Shown: piece by piece, positions 40,705 to 54,740 of the stretch
How the letters are laid out: each line of letters opens with the position of its first letter
Position numbering within the stretch: the first letter of the stretch is position 1
Assembly (NCBI GenBank): GCA_013265495.1
Contig: MU058451.1
Location: 2,227,305-2,291,304 of the forward strand
Reading direction: 5' to 3'
From: Vicugna vicugna
Lineage: Eukaryota
DNA: 64,000 bases
Program-made: the position numbers and the translations under genes
Notes under the pieces: generated by a model
Seen by the model: the letters and a program-made list of their open reading frames with translations, nothing else
What the model was told of the DNA's origin: nothing
The model's database searches: none

Positions 40705-40930
40705 ACAGGGATAAATTGGGAGTTTGAAATTTGCAGATACTAATTACTATATATAAAATTAATGATGTTTATAATACATAGCACAGGAATTATATTCAAT
40801 ATCTTGTAGTAACCGATAATGGAAAAAGAATATGAAAATGAATATATGCATATGTATGACTGAAACATTGTGCTGTACCCCAGAAATGGACAAAATACTG
40901 TAAAATGACTATACCTCAATTTATAAAAGC
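40705..40930 (+). mobile_element. L1 3'UTR fragment
   Basis: 'gggataaattgggagtttgaaatttgcagatac...atagcacagg...tgactatacctcaat'. Confidence 0.8.
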
Positions 40931-42006
40931 TTTAGCTTTTATTAGATTTTTCTTTTAAGATTAACACTACTCAGAACTTTAAGTACATGGTTTAAAAGCA
41001 GAATTCTTAAACAAAATGTTAATAAAAGGTGCCCTCCAACCAGATCTATACCAGTTAAATCTATCTATATTTTTGAAAGTGCTAAGAAGGTAGGAGGTGC
41101 CTATGAACAGAGAGAGAACACACTGAAGTAACACTAGCAGTTTCAGATCCCTGCATTACCTGAAAAACTGTAACGACAGCTGGGTACATCATAGTAAAAA
41201 GACTAAATATTTTTTAAAAAACAGAAAAAAAGATACGTTCCCTTCAAGGGAGGAATGGTAAGATATACGACTGACTTGTCAATGGAGACTAGTATGTTAA
41301 TGAAAGTTGTTTAGGTTAATATAGGAACTTTCATTAGGAACCTATAGTATCAAGAAGATCTTTAATTTCTCAGTGATGGAGAACATAATTGTTCAGTGAA
41401 ACGAAAAGTAACTATTTTAAGACTATTTTAAAAACGACCTCAGTCATTGCAGGAGAAATTCATTCTTATTGAAGACTTTCTGGACTACATCCCCAAACGA
41501 AAATCTAAAAATGAGGAAGGAGATATGTGAAAGTCATTGAAAATTTATTAATCACTATTTTTTCAGTCAAGTCTATATATCTGTATAAAAAGAATATCTT
41601 ATTGCTGTCTGAATTGAGATTCTTACTTGAGAATTAAGGACTGATATAACAGAAATCACCGATTTACACAACTGTAAGAGACCTAACCTCCTAATTTCTG
41701 AATTAAACAACCTGAGGTTTGGGAGGTTTAAATGGTTTTCCTCTAATGTGTATGTAAAAGGGAACAACAACGATAAACTATTAATTTTATCAAAGTCTCT
41801 GTTTTTAGGGGGGAGGAGAGATGGACAAGGGAACACAATTTAAAAAGTATTAAGATTCAGCTCTAACAAAATTAAAAATAAGAGACATGCAAATGTTACA
41901 AAAAGTAAGTTGTAAAACTATATGCAAAGTTCCCATCTGGACACAAGTATCTCCCATTACCCAAAAGCAGTCAATTTGCCAATCTGTGTTTAAACAGTCA
42001 ACTCAC

Positions 42007-42049
42007 CGGAAGAGCTACTTAAGCATTCTCTGAGTTAAGAACCCTCAAC
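42007..42049 (-). other. C8orf89: Putative 43-nt 5'UTR exon of C8orf89
   Basis: Strong acceptor ttcttcatttcttaattcacag|G and strong donor CCG|gtgagt; contains the mini-uORF ATG CTT AAG TAG. Confidence 0.5.
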
Positions 42050-42794
42050 CTGTGAATTAAGAAATGAAGAAATGTAGAAGCAATGGCTTCTCCAATATAC
42101 CTGCATCCACCTGTACATCCCAGAGCCCACTGTTACTGCCCTCTTCCTGTCACCCAGTCCTGAATGGAAAAAAACCCCAATTATTTCCTTGTTAACTTTT
42201 CCATGCCTCTGTCTCCCTACCTGGGGAATAATACTCTCTGCCTTACAGAGGTGCGGTGAAGTTTAAAGCTAACTGAAGAAAAGCATCTTACTAAATGCCT
42301 AATACACTGCCTGAATTCTCAGAGAATCTTCAGTTCAGAGCAGAGTCAGGTATCTTTATACATGGAAACAAACAACAGCTGTGCTTCCATCATAACAATC
42401 ACAGTGATGACGATTACGAGCCAAGAATCAATACCTGGGGTACGGGAGTGCGGCGTGACTCAGCGCCTCTCCCTCTTTTCCTTCAGGGTGCATGTGCAGC
42501 CCCGGGCTCTCCTGTTCTTATTCACACTGTTCCATGCTTGCCCTACAGTCTCCATCCGTTCACCTCCTTGAATACTATAAATTAAAGCTTTTTCCCAAGA
42601 TGTTTATTATTCTCAGTTTGGGGGCACAAATCTCCCATTTGCTGCATCTGCCAAGTCTCCCTCCTTGTGGTTCATTTCCTTGTGTGATCTGTAGACTTGG
42701 ACTGTGAGCTCGTCTCTGGAGAGACTGCTGTCTACAGGAGTCCAGTGTTCCCTGAACTATGGACTTGCTGTACATCTCTGTATAGGCTTTTCCT

Positions 42795-42936
42795 TCTTTT
42801 TTTTTTTAATATTTATTTATTTATTTAGGAGAGGAGGTAATTAGGTTTATTTATGCATTTAATGGAGGTACTGGGATTGAGCCCAGGACCTCATGTAGGC
42901 TAAGCACACACTCTGCCACTGAGCTGTGGCCTCCCC
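42795..42936 (-). mobile_element. tRNA-derived SINE (long tail)
   Basis: Same family, with tail 'ataaacctaattacctcctctcc'. Confidence 0.85.
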
Positions 42937-43199
42937 AGGACAGACTTCCCATTGCTCTCCGCCTGGCCCTGGGCTTCAGAGGAATCAGATGGATTAGTAT
43001 GCCCATTTCCTAGGCTGTAGGCCCTGGACCATGCAGTAATGTGACTTCAGACCTCGGACTTTAGCCAGCGCAAGGTGTGGTGCTCTCATGTCTAGAAGCC
43101 GACTCTTTCCTACCACAGTTCAAGTGGATGGTAAGCTTCCTCAGAGCCACCTCAGGCCAATGGGGGGTATTTTTCTAGTTACCTCTGTGTCAAGGTACT

Positions 43200-43752
43200 T
43201 GTGGCAGGTTGTGTTTTCCAAAGAAGGATGCACTAATACATATCCACGTCTGCACGTTCTTCCTTCAATGTGATGTTGACACTCCTCTGTCAAGAGGTGA
43301 GGTCGGTGTTCCCTTCCCTGAAACTGATTTCCTCGGTCAGTACAATGCAGCAGAAGTGACACTGTGGTTTTCAAGGCTAGGTCATAAAAGGTGATATGAT
43401 TTCCACTGGCTCATCTTGGGACGCTGGAAACCCAGCCACCCTTTTGTGAGGGAGCTAGGTGCCAAGACGAGGCCACTGTAGAAAGGTTCCATCTGACATC
43501 CATGGCTAAGGCCTCAGTCCAGAGCCAGGATCAACCACCAGACATAGGAGTGGATGAGCCCGCTGGTGAGTCCAGCCTCAAGTGTGCAGATCTTCTATCT
43601 GAGGCCCCAGACATGGTAAAGCAGAGCCAAGCTGTCCCTGCCGTGCACTGTCCGAATTCCTGCACTGTCCCACAGAGCCCAGGAGCACAATCAATGGTTG
43701 TTTTGCACCGAGTTTTGGAGAAGTTTGTTACGCAGCCATAGTAACTGGAACA
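43200..43752 (+). mobile_element. MaLR (MLT1-type) LTR
   Basis: TGTGGCAGG...'aaggctaggtcataaaagg'...'tttgttacgcagccatagtaactggaaca'. Confidence 0.75.
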
Positions 43753-45670
43753 GTGCTCCTTTGTGACTCCCAGCTTCCAGCAGATGCTCAACAGTGCCTT
43801 CCTGTGTAAGCTTTCCTTCACTTCCGGCACCTGGGGATCTCCTCCTCTTGGTCCCTAGCTCAGCCACATAGCCATAAACTATCTTCCTATTCTTTACTCA
43901 ACATTTGGAATACACTGAAGCAGAATGGAGTTTCTTCCATGTCAGCTCCCTCTGCCACACTGCTCAGAAGGTCCCAGAATAACTTTTCAAACGATGACAT
44001 AAAGAATTGAAGGATTCAATTTCTTTGGTATATAAAGACATTTAAAAATCAATAAGAAAGTGATCTTAAAGAGAGTATATTTATTAAAGAATAGATAACT
44101 TATTACAGAAAAAATACAAATGGTCAATAAAAGTTCTCCCTCACCAGTACCCAAATAAAAGCAAAATATTGACTTATAACTTTTGCTCTGAAAATAGCAA
44201 GGATTTTTTTTTAACTACTAGACAGTGTATGATGGGATTCAAGGAAATAGGTACTATCATAAGGTTTCAGTGGATGTATCAGTATAATATTTCCAGAGAA
44301 CAATCCAGAAATATATATGTCCTTATAATTTTATATACTTTTGACCCAGTAATTCCACTTCCAGGAGTTTATCCTAAAGGAATAATCAATGATACATACA
44401 AATATTTATCTTCAAGGATGTCAAATCCTATATTTTTTATAATAGAAAAGCAACAAAGCTGAAAATAGTGCAAACATCAAACAGCAGGTGGTAAGATAAT
44501 CTATTTTTAGCTTTGACTAAACCAAAAGAAATCATCAAGTACAAATAAAGAGAGGCGACCTGTAGATTCACTGAGAAAGCTAGTTATTTGTCCACAATGC
44601 CAGTCATTCATTGGGCTAAGAGCTGAAATACAAAAAAATGACTGAGATGCCAAAGCATATACTCTATTAGGGGGAGCAGAGTAAACAAACAATGTGTTTG
44701 TTACGATAAATATTGATGATAAATCTGTGTTTAAATTTTTATGGTACAACAGAGCCTTTGCTGACCTACCCAGACTGGGGAAGGAGAGTTTTGCTACTGT
44801 TTTTGAGCAAGGGATGTTCAAACTAAGTCTCACAGCTTTTGGTAAGTAGAAATGAGAGTAGGCATGAGGGTTTTAGAACAGAAGTGTAGCATATTCATGG
44901 CCATGCTTTAGGAAGATTAAGCTGGCAGGGACTGGGGCCAGGTTAAGAGGCTACATAGAATAGTTCAGAGTGCTTAAGTTAGAGTAGTACCAATGATGCG
45001 AGACTGACGATTGACTGAATTTAGGAGGTTCAGCAAAGAAAAAAAGAGTCAAAGTTGTCTGAGGCCCTGAACTAGGGTCGCCCAGAGAATTATGGAACCA
45101 TGAATTAATTTCAAAGAAAGTGTTAGTCTGGGGGTGGAGGGCCACAAGCAGCCCAGTTTTAGATAAAATGAGCACAGAACATTCAGGTGGAGACCTATTT
45201 ATTACCTGGATTTGGGCTATAGGAATATTGAGGACTACAGGTTTGTTTGCCAGATGAAGCTTTTAAGAGTTATCTATTTACGGGTGAGAATTAAGGCCAA
45301 AGACTGGATTAAAGATTTTAGAGAGAGAAGAAAGCCTGATTCTCTTAAAATACATGCAAGGCAGGAAGATTAAAAAAAAAAAAAAAGCAGAAAGAGTGCC
45401 TAGAGAGCCAAATGACCCAGAAGAACCAGAACTGCAGGGAGCACTGGCCCACGTCCAGTTCTACAGGAGTGAGTAGAGAAAGGAACTATGTGCTCATAAT
45501 ACTGTAACACCAAATACACAATTTAATCATTTAATGCTCAAAGAACCCATGACACACAATTCTCAGTTACTGACCAGGAATTCAGACGTGACAAGGAACA
45601 CAAGCACTGGAGGTAAAATGAACCTGGATTCTAATCTTGGCTCTGCCCTTCAACAGTTGCATCACCACAG

Positions 45671-45840
45671 GGTCATAGCGAGAGGATACAGCTTAGTGGT
45701 GAGGTGCCTGCTTAGCATGCAGGAGGGCCTGGGTTCAATCCCCAGTACCTCCATTTAGAAAAAGAATAAATAAATAAACCTAATTACCTCCTCCCACCGC
45801 TCCAAAAAAACAAAAGTATAGTGGACAATCATAAAAAAAA
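45671..45840 (+). mobile_element. tRNA-derived SINE nested in MIR
   Basis: 'cttagcatgcaggagggcctgggttcaatccccagtacctcc'; TSD approximately AA(C/T)AGTTGCATCACCA. Confidence 0.85.
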
Positions 45841-46668
45841 ATAGTTGCATCACCATGGAGTCACGAAGAAAATAGCAATGCTGCTGGCTCTCACAGGGTG
45901 AGTGAGGATTAAATTATAAAATGCATATAAAGTGTTCAGCACAGTGCTGACCAGGTAATAAACATTCAATAAGTGGGAGCTATTGATTTAACTGTTTTAA
46001 AATAATAAACACAAGGGGTTTTTTTGTTTGTTTTTTTGCTTCACCACAGCCTGTTGATGGAAATGTAAATCAGTAAAGGCTTTTTGGAAGGCAAGATTCC
46101 ACCAAAATTTTTTAATGTACAAACATCTAACCCAGCAATTCTACTTCAAGGAATTCACTTTACAGAGCAGTTCCCGTACATAAGAATGTTCACTGTTGCG
46201 TTGTTTGTAATAAGGGAAAATTGGAACCAATCTTAGAGGAATGGTTACATAAATTATGATACATCTGTACCATATGATCATACATCTATATAACACATCT
46301 ATGAAATAGTGCAGAACTGATATGAAAGTGCATAACTGATATGAAAGGCATTCAGCACATCTTAAGTGAAAAAGGCAGTTCCTCAAAAGAATCCATATGA
46401 TTCCACTGATGATCAGAAAACAAATGAAAAGAGAACAGAAGCATAAATACTAAATCAACTCTAAGAAGTGTTAGAAATTAAAGGAGTAGAAACTAAAGGG
46501 GGCTTTCACCTCCAACTCTGTATACTTCGCGTTGTCTGCATGAGAAGTACTGATGTATTACAACGGAATTTCAAAAATGTAAGAACTTGAAGAAGGAAAT
46601 GTCGGAAGTATTTCTGAAGAAATACCATGTAATGGAAGATTTAAACTCATCATTAACAATATAGGTAA

Positions 46669-46817
46669 GGGGGGAGGGGATAGCTCAAGTGGTAGAGCAC
46701 ATGCTTAACATGCATGAGGTCTTGGGTTCAATCCTCAGTGCCTTCATTAAAAAACCAAATAAATAAATGAACCTAATTACCACTCCCCTGCAAAAAAAAA
46801 AAAAAAAAAAAAAAAAA
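46669..46817 (+). mobile_element. tRNA-derived SINE with long pure poly(A)
   Basis: GGGGAGGGGATAGCTCAAGTGGTAGAGCACATGCTTAACATGCATGAGGTCTTGGGTTCAATCC; A-tail of ~26 nt. Confidence 0.9.
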
Positions 46818-47379
46818 GCAGCAGCAGCAATGTAGATAAAAAGTCAATAAAGATGAAAGGCAGGGATTCTTGTGCTCCAGAGGGTACAATACCCTGAAAA
46901 TGGTTGCAAAACTCAATTTGTCTACAGGTAGATGCTCCACAGTTTCCATGTCTATGAAATGTGGTGGGGAAACGACCAGTACAACAGAGCAGATTACCTT
47001 CATGACACAAGTCTTCTCTAGTATATTTAACCCCTTGTAAAAAAGAAAAAGTAATATAATAAACAAATTACAGGTAAATCTGATACAATGCAAAAGTGAA
47101 AACCCGGCCAGCTATCTGATTAACACGGTCAGCATCCCAAGCCCTGCTCCACCCGGGAGAAAGGGGCAGTCAAAGAAGGAAAAAAACCACATTCAACTCC
47201 CTCTTCACTTTAAACCCTGGGAGGGTCGGAGTGCGAACCTGTAAGGGCGTGTCCTTGAGGGATGGCTATGGTGCCTGCCGGTCCCAGGACGTGGGGGGGG
47301 GGGGGAAATAAGGCACAGACCTGGCAAGCAGGCCCTCTACCCTGGGTTTCATTCGCACCTCTCCTACACCTGACCCGCC

Positions 47380-48310
47380 CGCCTGGGTCAGGTCCTCAGC
47401 CCCCGCCTTCCCGCCAGCTCTCCAGGAAGTCACGAAAATCCTTGGGGCGACCCATGAGCATCACTAGGCTAGTTCTCCTTCCTGGGAAGAGGCCAGACCA
47501 GCTGCTCTCCGGGACCCACCTCCCTTTCAGCCCTGTCCTTGCCGGCAAGGTCCCCTTCCCGTCAGTGGCCCGGGCTCCCCCGAGGCCCGCCGGCCTCCTG
47601 CACTCACTGTCCCCGCAGCTCCGCCGTGGAGGGAAGGGGCTTCTTCGCGCGCCCGGCCCGCGGCGGCGGCGCCCAGGTCTCGGGCTCCGGCAGCGGAGTC
47701 AGCGGGGACAGCGGGGGCAGCGGACCGCGCGGGAGCCAGCGGCGGCCGGGCGCCGAGCCGAGCCCCCGGCCCGGCCGGGCCGAGTCGCGGGGCTGATGGC
47801 GGCCGGCAGCCCGGCGACGCTCGGGAGCGCGGCGCGCCCGCCGCTCAGCCCCGCCGGCCCGACGCGCGCGGGTTGCTAGGCGCCCGGAGCTTCCGGGATG
47901 CCTGCCTCGCGGAATCGGGTCGAGAGTTAGGGTACATGCCAAGATGGTGCTTGGGCGGCTGCGGGGTCGCTGGGACTCACTCGACAACGCTACAGGGTGC
48001 CGCCGCCTTCGGGGTCACGGCTGCAGGGGGCACGGTGGGAGGAGGGTGCGGGGACAAGGCTGGGTGAAGAGGACTCAGTCGTGACACAAGGTCAGTGGGG
48101 CACGAGTGTGGGTAGTGGGCAGCTGGACAAGGTTGGTGAGGTTCAGTTCTCTGGGCTGCATTTTAAAGATTCAAACTAACCAGGCTCTCCAGAGTACAGA
48201 AGAGTACGGGACCAGCAACACCTGACCAACCCAATCGTCAGTGAGTGACGTCGTTGTCCGAGGTTCCCTCACCGTGCCCGCGAGTTCCGTGTTCCACGCC
48301 TCCTTTGTCT
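47380..48310 (-). promoter_or_regulatory. CpG island, probable distal promoter and non-coding first exon of C8orf89
   Basis: Dense CpG. Minus-strand donor ACA|gtgagt at 47608/47607; RFX-like half site GTTGCTAGG 47872-47880; CCAAT and CRE half sites 48231-48252. Confidence 0.6.
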
Positions 48311-49549
48311 AGGTTCTTTGGTGAGATGTTCGGTGCGGGTCCCCTTCCAAGTTAGAAAGTCTAGCAGCCCGACTCGCACAGTAGCGTCTTAGCCTCTATT
48401 TACTGTCAAATTTTTCTAAACCTTCTGTCTTCATTTCTTGACCCTTCCACAAGGGCTGCAAGTTTAGCCCTGGTAATATGGTTTCAGATCCCACAAAACT
48501 CCTGAAACTGCTCTCAGCTTTTCGTTAAGCTGGATTCTAACCTTCCCTAGCTCCTCTGGTTAAGAAACCAACTCAAATTAGACGTGCCTTATACTAGCCC
48601 CACCACTTAGTTGGGTGGTTCCAGGGTCAGGAAAGTTGGCCCCAATCTTAAAAAAAATGGGGGTAGTAGTGCATTTACCTAATAGACTAGGCAGCACTTT
48701 AAAAAATAACACAAAGGATTTAAAGGGAAAGTCTGGGGCCCATCCCAAAACCAATTAAGAATTCAGTTCTGGGGTTGCACTCAAAGTGAAGAGCCACCCA
48801 CCCAGGATTACGTGGGATTAAGTGTACATGTGATCAAATGTTTATTATTAAATGGTCTGTTTTGAATTCTGCTAAACCCTCCTCTTGGCTTTTACCACCA
48901 CCTCTCCCCTATCCCACTCTCTACCACCAGGTGCCCAAATTCTACCTCCTCTGTGAAACTTCAAATCCTCACAGTAGGAACAATCTCCTATATTCCTCTA
49001 ACATGTTTTCATGAACTACTATCCCTACACAATAAAACTTATTTTTTCCTGAGTAGAATATAATTTTTCCCACAAAAAAAATACATGTGTATGTGTGTAT
49101 ATATATTCTAGCCTCTACACCTCCTCTTACCATTCTCTACCCAAACACCCAAGGACTAAAATGTGTTAACACTGGAGATGGAATAGCTACTGCCTTTAAA
49201 ATGCTTGATTCATTTAATCAACAAAGCAAAGGGCCTACAATGTACCAGGCATTGTTCTGTTAAAATAAAGAAAGCTAAGACTCAAGCCTGACAGTGGCTG
49301 TGAAAGTATATTCAAACCCTTGAGTGGCTGTGAAAAGCAACAGATAACAAGTAAACGGAACAATTAGTTCATACAGTAACAGATGCTATGGGAAAAACAA
49401 GGTTATTTGGAGAAATGTGTCAGAGATCTCTTTTTCCAGAATGAAAAAGCCAAGTACAGACCTCAGGGCTGAATATTCCAGACTCAAGATTCCAAGTGCC
49501 AAGACCTTACACTGGAAGCTTGCCATTTTTGAGGAACAAGAAAAAATAC

Positions 49550-50017
49550 AGCTGGGAGCCATAAAGATCAAAGAATGACCCTCTCAAATATCTCTCTGCC
49601 TTAATTTCTAGAATTTGTGACCATGCTATACCTCTGTACACTTTGCAGATGTACTTACATTAAGGAACCTGAGATGGGGAATTATCCTGGATTATCTGGG
49701 TGGCCCAACAAAAGCACAAGAGTCCGTGTAAGAGGCAGGCAGGAGGATCAGAGCCAGAGAGATGACGGAAGGATGGAAATAGAGATTACACTCTGAAGAT
49801 GGACGAAGGGGCCACAAGCCAAGAAAACTTCTAGAAGCTGGAAAAGGCAAGGAAACAGATCAGCCCCTGGAGACTTCGAAAGGCAGGCAGGCCTGCTGAC
49901 CCCTTAAGTTAGCCCAGTGAAACTGATTTTGAACTTCCGACCCCCGAAACTATCAGGAGTTTTTATTTTAAGTCATGTAGGTTTCTGGTAATTTGTTACA
50001 GCAGCAATAGGAAAACA
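49550..50017 (+). mobile_element. MaLR (MLT1B/C/D-type) LTR
   Basis: 'gagatggggaattatcctggattatctgggtggccc...ctagaagctggaaaaggcaaggaaacagat...tttgttacagcagcaatagg'. Confidence 0.85.
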
Positions 50018-50349
50018 CTTAGCACCTACTGTGTCATATGTCAGGTACTGGGTAGAAAAAAAAAAGGCCTGCCTTACAAAGTTCACTGCCCAAGAGAAGA
50101 GAGGCTCGCGTATGAGAGCAATGTTTTGGCTGGTTTGATACCAAATCTGTAAAGAAAAACAGCAGGGGGCCAGAAAGCTGTCAGTCTCCTGTGGAAGTGG
50201 TCCCCAATGACACCTTAAGAGGCTGTGACATCTTAGACATCCTTGTAGCACTTGTGCTAAGTCTGTCTTGTCCATTAGACTTACACATGAAAGCAGACTA
50301 CCTGCACCTGTACACCCGTCTAAGTGCTCAAGTTACAGAGCAAACAGTA

Positions 50350-50560
50350 TTTACTTAGCACTTTGGGCCAGGCACCGCCCTAAGCACTTCACGTGACCTG
50401 ACATATTTAATCTTTACTAAAACTCTATGAAATTAGGTACCATTATTTCCCCCATTTTGCTGATTAAAGAAACAGATGAAGAAATTTAATGGCCCAAACT
50501 ATTAAATGGAAGCTGGATATCAATTCAAGCAGTTTGGCTCCAGAGCCAGCACTTAGTCCT
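50350..50560 (-). mobile_element. MIR
   Basis: 'taggtaccattatttcccccattttgc...gcagtttggctccagagcc'. Confidence 0.7.
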
Positions 50561-52599
50561 GCTTACCACAAAGGAACTTCAAAGGTAAGCCCAGACACCA
50601 CTGAAGGCCAGTGAGTGCAACAGACAACTAAACTTGGAGACCAGGAGAGCTAAGGGGGAGACCTAGTAAGGATGGAACTTCGAAAGATGCAGATGAAGAG
50701 GTCGGTTAGCCTTCTAGACCCTTGTAAAGTGACACCACTTTTAGAAGGTGAGTTTTTTAAGTAAAATAAGGTCTTAAGTTGCATTTCAACAGGTTCACAA
50801 AATATTCTCATACCTATTTTTAGTTCTCACCATCCTGTGAAGGTAGATTATTCCACTTTACTCCCTAGGAATTTGACAGCCATTAATTGCTACCTGACAG
50901 CATGCTTTTTTACATTTATCCCCACTGCTTTAGAGCTCTCTACCCTAATTCCAGATACCCCCCCTCAACTCTCTTACATGTCCCCATCCTCTGGTTCTCT
51001 GCGCCCATTTGGAAACTATGTGGACAAAGTTGAATTTCCAGGGCTGAAACCAAATGCCTGCAGAGGATACATACAGCCCAAACACTTGCTTCTTTATCCT
51101 ATATACACCTACAGAATCTTCTATCCATCACCAGCTTCAAGAACTCTACTTCCGGTGATTGAATGAATTAATGTGTCAATTCACAGACTGCAACAATTGT
51201 GTCACTTAATGTTGATAGTAGGGGAGACTGTGGGTGTTCGGGGACAGGAGAGTATATGAGAATGCTGTAGTTTCCACTCAAAACTTTGCTTGAACCTTAA
51301 ACTGCTCTAAAACCTAATTAAAAAAAACAGCATTGTTAAATACCACCATCATATATATACAATGTCATTTCTATTACTTCCCCAAATCCTCCATTTAGTG
51401 CCTCCCCCACCCACACACGCCTAGGTAGTAGCACTATGCCACCTGTATGACGTCATTACAGTAATCAGGTATTTTCTTCCGAGCCACTTCTACTTTTCAG
51501 GATACTGAGTGTACAAAAACTGGGGACTGTACTCTGTATTTACCTACCAAAGCAGTAAAACAAAACAGGTCACTTCAAACTTAAGACTTTCAGGCTCCAC
51601 CTAGAAGTTAATGTACAATTTTTTAAATACACTGATCCAACTGTTTACCAAAGCATTACATTTCTTGCAAAACAGTGGCACACTCCTGTATACATGTTAA
51701 CACTTTTACAAATAACCTTCTTGATTTCCCTCCAGGATCTATTGACCCTAAACTCACTAATGCAGAGAAACAGACTTTGAGACCCAAGAATTTAACAAAT
51801 TCTTAAATATATTTGTTCAACAACTTTCAAATACTAAAAAGTAATGATCCTGGTGCAATAGTGTCAAGAGACGAGGGCATCTGCTTCCTACTGCATCATA
51901 CCCTTGGCACAATGAACGACAACCGCAAATTTCACTGTTATCATATGTACTTCAGGTTACACTCTACACTTAAAACCTCTGGTTTACTAGTCTAGGTGGG
52001 ATCATCCATAAAAATACAGAGGAACGTTATTTATAAAATGCCAACTCTCCCTTTCAAGTTTTTGCTCACTAGTTTCATTAGGAATACTTCAGATGTTCCA
52101 AAAGACATTGTATCCGTGGGCACAAATTTCAGTTTTTTCCTTCATGATGTATACAATATGTAATGGAATTACTAAAAATTCACCTAAATATGGGTAGACG
52201 ATGCAAAACAACAACATAAAAGTAAAATGCAGAAAGAAAATGATACACTTATAGGCTACTTTATAGGCAACCCAAAGCCGGAGAAAATGGAATTTCAGCA
52301 ACATAATTTTATTCACAAACTGAACCTTTATCACCTTACCTATAAATTATGCACAAAGGGCTGTGAAATTGGCTTTCTTAGAATCGACCCATTTTGGCCA
52401 ACTCACAATTCAAAAGTGAAAAGTTAGGATCTTTTTGTACAGACAAGTCTTTAATAAACCCAAGGAATGGTTTTCATAAGACGCAAACTGGACCCTAAGT
52501 TTTGCATGCAACAAGCTGTTGATCTGCCTTAATTTTGTAACACCAAGATTTGCCACGATAGTTAAGGGACAGCAGAGAAAAGGTATCAGTCACCAACAT

Positions 52600-52667
52600 T
52601 TCAGTTTGAAAGCAGTCACTGTTTATTAATTAACTGACCAGATTACAAAAACAATCATGGTAGATAC
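52600..52667 (-). other. RPL7: RPL7 exon 7 (3'UTR only) with AATAAA at 52622-52627
   Basis: Acceptor ttttcag|GT at 52667; cleavage site approximate. Confidence 0.85.
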
Positions 52668-52953
52668 CTGAAAAGAAAAATAAAAAACCCATTAAAAGAA
52701 ACACCTTAATAACTAAGAATTAACATAAATCAGGAAGTTACAGAAGTACCCATTCAGTTTCCATTTTTAAGTAGAAAAAAAAATTTTTCTTCCTGCCACA
52801 AATGTCCCCAGGAGAAACCAAACCAACTGCAATCATAAGATGGTTGTTTTCTCCCTCTAAAATACTGCTTAGAACTCAACCAAACTCTTATTGGCATTTA
52901 AGGTACTTCACTCCACTATTAAGTGAACTTCTCTCAGGAGGTAGTTGCTCACC

Positions 52954-53172
<219 letters not shown>

Positions 53173-53209
53173 TCAAGGTTATTAAAGTTATTAAATTTTT
53201 GGAGACTTA

Positions 53210-53434
<225 letters not shown>

Positions 53435-53511
53435 TCAAAGACTATCAAAACACCTAAAGTTCATCTTGCTAATGTAGCCAATTTACCAAACAGAAGTCAA
53501 AAGGATACCTA

Positions 53512-53682
<171 letters not shown>

Positions 53683-54170
53683 TTATCAGCATTTTTACTT
53701 ATTAAAGAAGGAAACTAACCGTTGTAATTTTGGGCAACAGGAGTCCGATCGAATAGGAATCCTCTCCTGTTACTGAGACCAATTTTCCCTTTAGTTATAT
53801 TCTATCACCTCTCCCAACTTGCCTCTCCTGTAAGTAAACTGTCTTCTGACACACACCTTTGACATTTAAAACTTTTCCTGACCCTCTTACTACTTCCTAG
53901 TATTATATACATTTGCTATAGCACTTCTAAGGCAACATTTTAACTACTTTTGAAGTTAATCCCCAGGACAATGAATTCAAGTGTTCAGAGAATGGAGAGG
54001 CTTTGGGCACAGGGCTTACAACCATTAAAGTAACTCCCCTTTGTTCTAGTTATTCCCAAAATATCTTTATTCCAATGTTTCAGAACCAAGGCCTCAACAA
54101 GTAATGCAAACTTTTGCTGGGATCGTGTAGCTTTCTCTTTAAAATCAGAACGCAGTAAAAACTGAACTCA

Positions 54171-54359
<189 letters not shown>

Positions 54360-54613
54360 TCATCTGCTTTTTAGCTCACAAACACAATTAGCAATACCAC
54401 TTCTTTAAGAGATAAACGCTTCCCTTGAAACTTGTTTTTCTCACCACAGCAAGCACTAACCTTCCAAGAGAAAGATACTACCTTCATTTGAAAAGGTTGT
54501 ACTAAAACCAAGCTCACAGGTACAGCAGCTGAAGTAAGCCAAGTCTTGTTCAGAACACCCACCTCGTTTCAACTACAGGGCCCCTTCTTCTACGTCCCTT
54601 AAAATTTACTTAC

Positions 54614-54740
54614 CATCTTTTGGGCAAACTTCTTTCTCAGGCGCTTGATCTTAAGCTCTGCGAAATTCTTCCGCTTTTTCTTAAGGGTTTCTGGTACAGC
54701 AGGAACCTTCTTTTTCTTCTCTTTAGCAGGGACCACTTTC
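54614..54740 (-). CDS. RPL7: RPL7 exon 2 (127 nt, includes an 18-nt extension)
   Basis: tttaag|G AAA GTG GTC CCT GCT AAA GAG AAG...ATG|gtaagt = [43 protein letters not shown]. Confidence 0.92.

Noticed and set aside
46669..46745. tRNA-Ala-like sequences
   Set aside because: They have A-rich tails, TSDs and mismatched stems, so they are SINEs and not tRNA genes.
47262..47987. 205-aa plus-strand ORF and overlapping 85/127-aa ORFs in the CpG island
   Set aside because: R/G/P/A-rich low-complexity products on both strands are expected in GC-rich DNA that has few stop codons; no recognisable domain.
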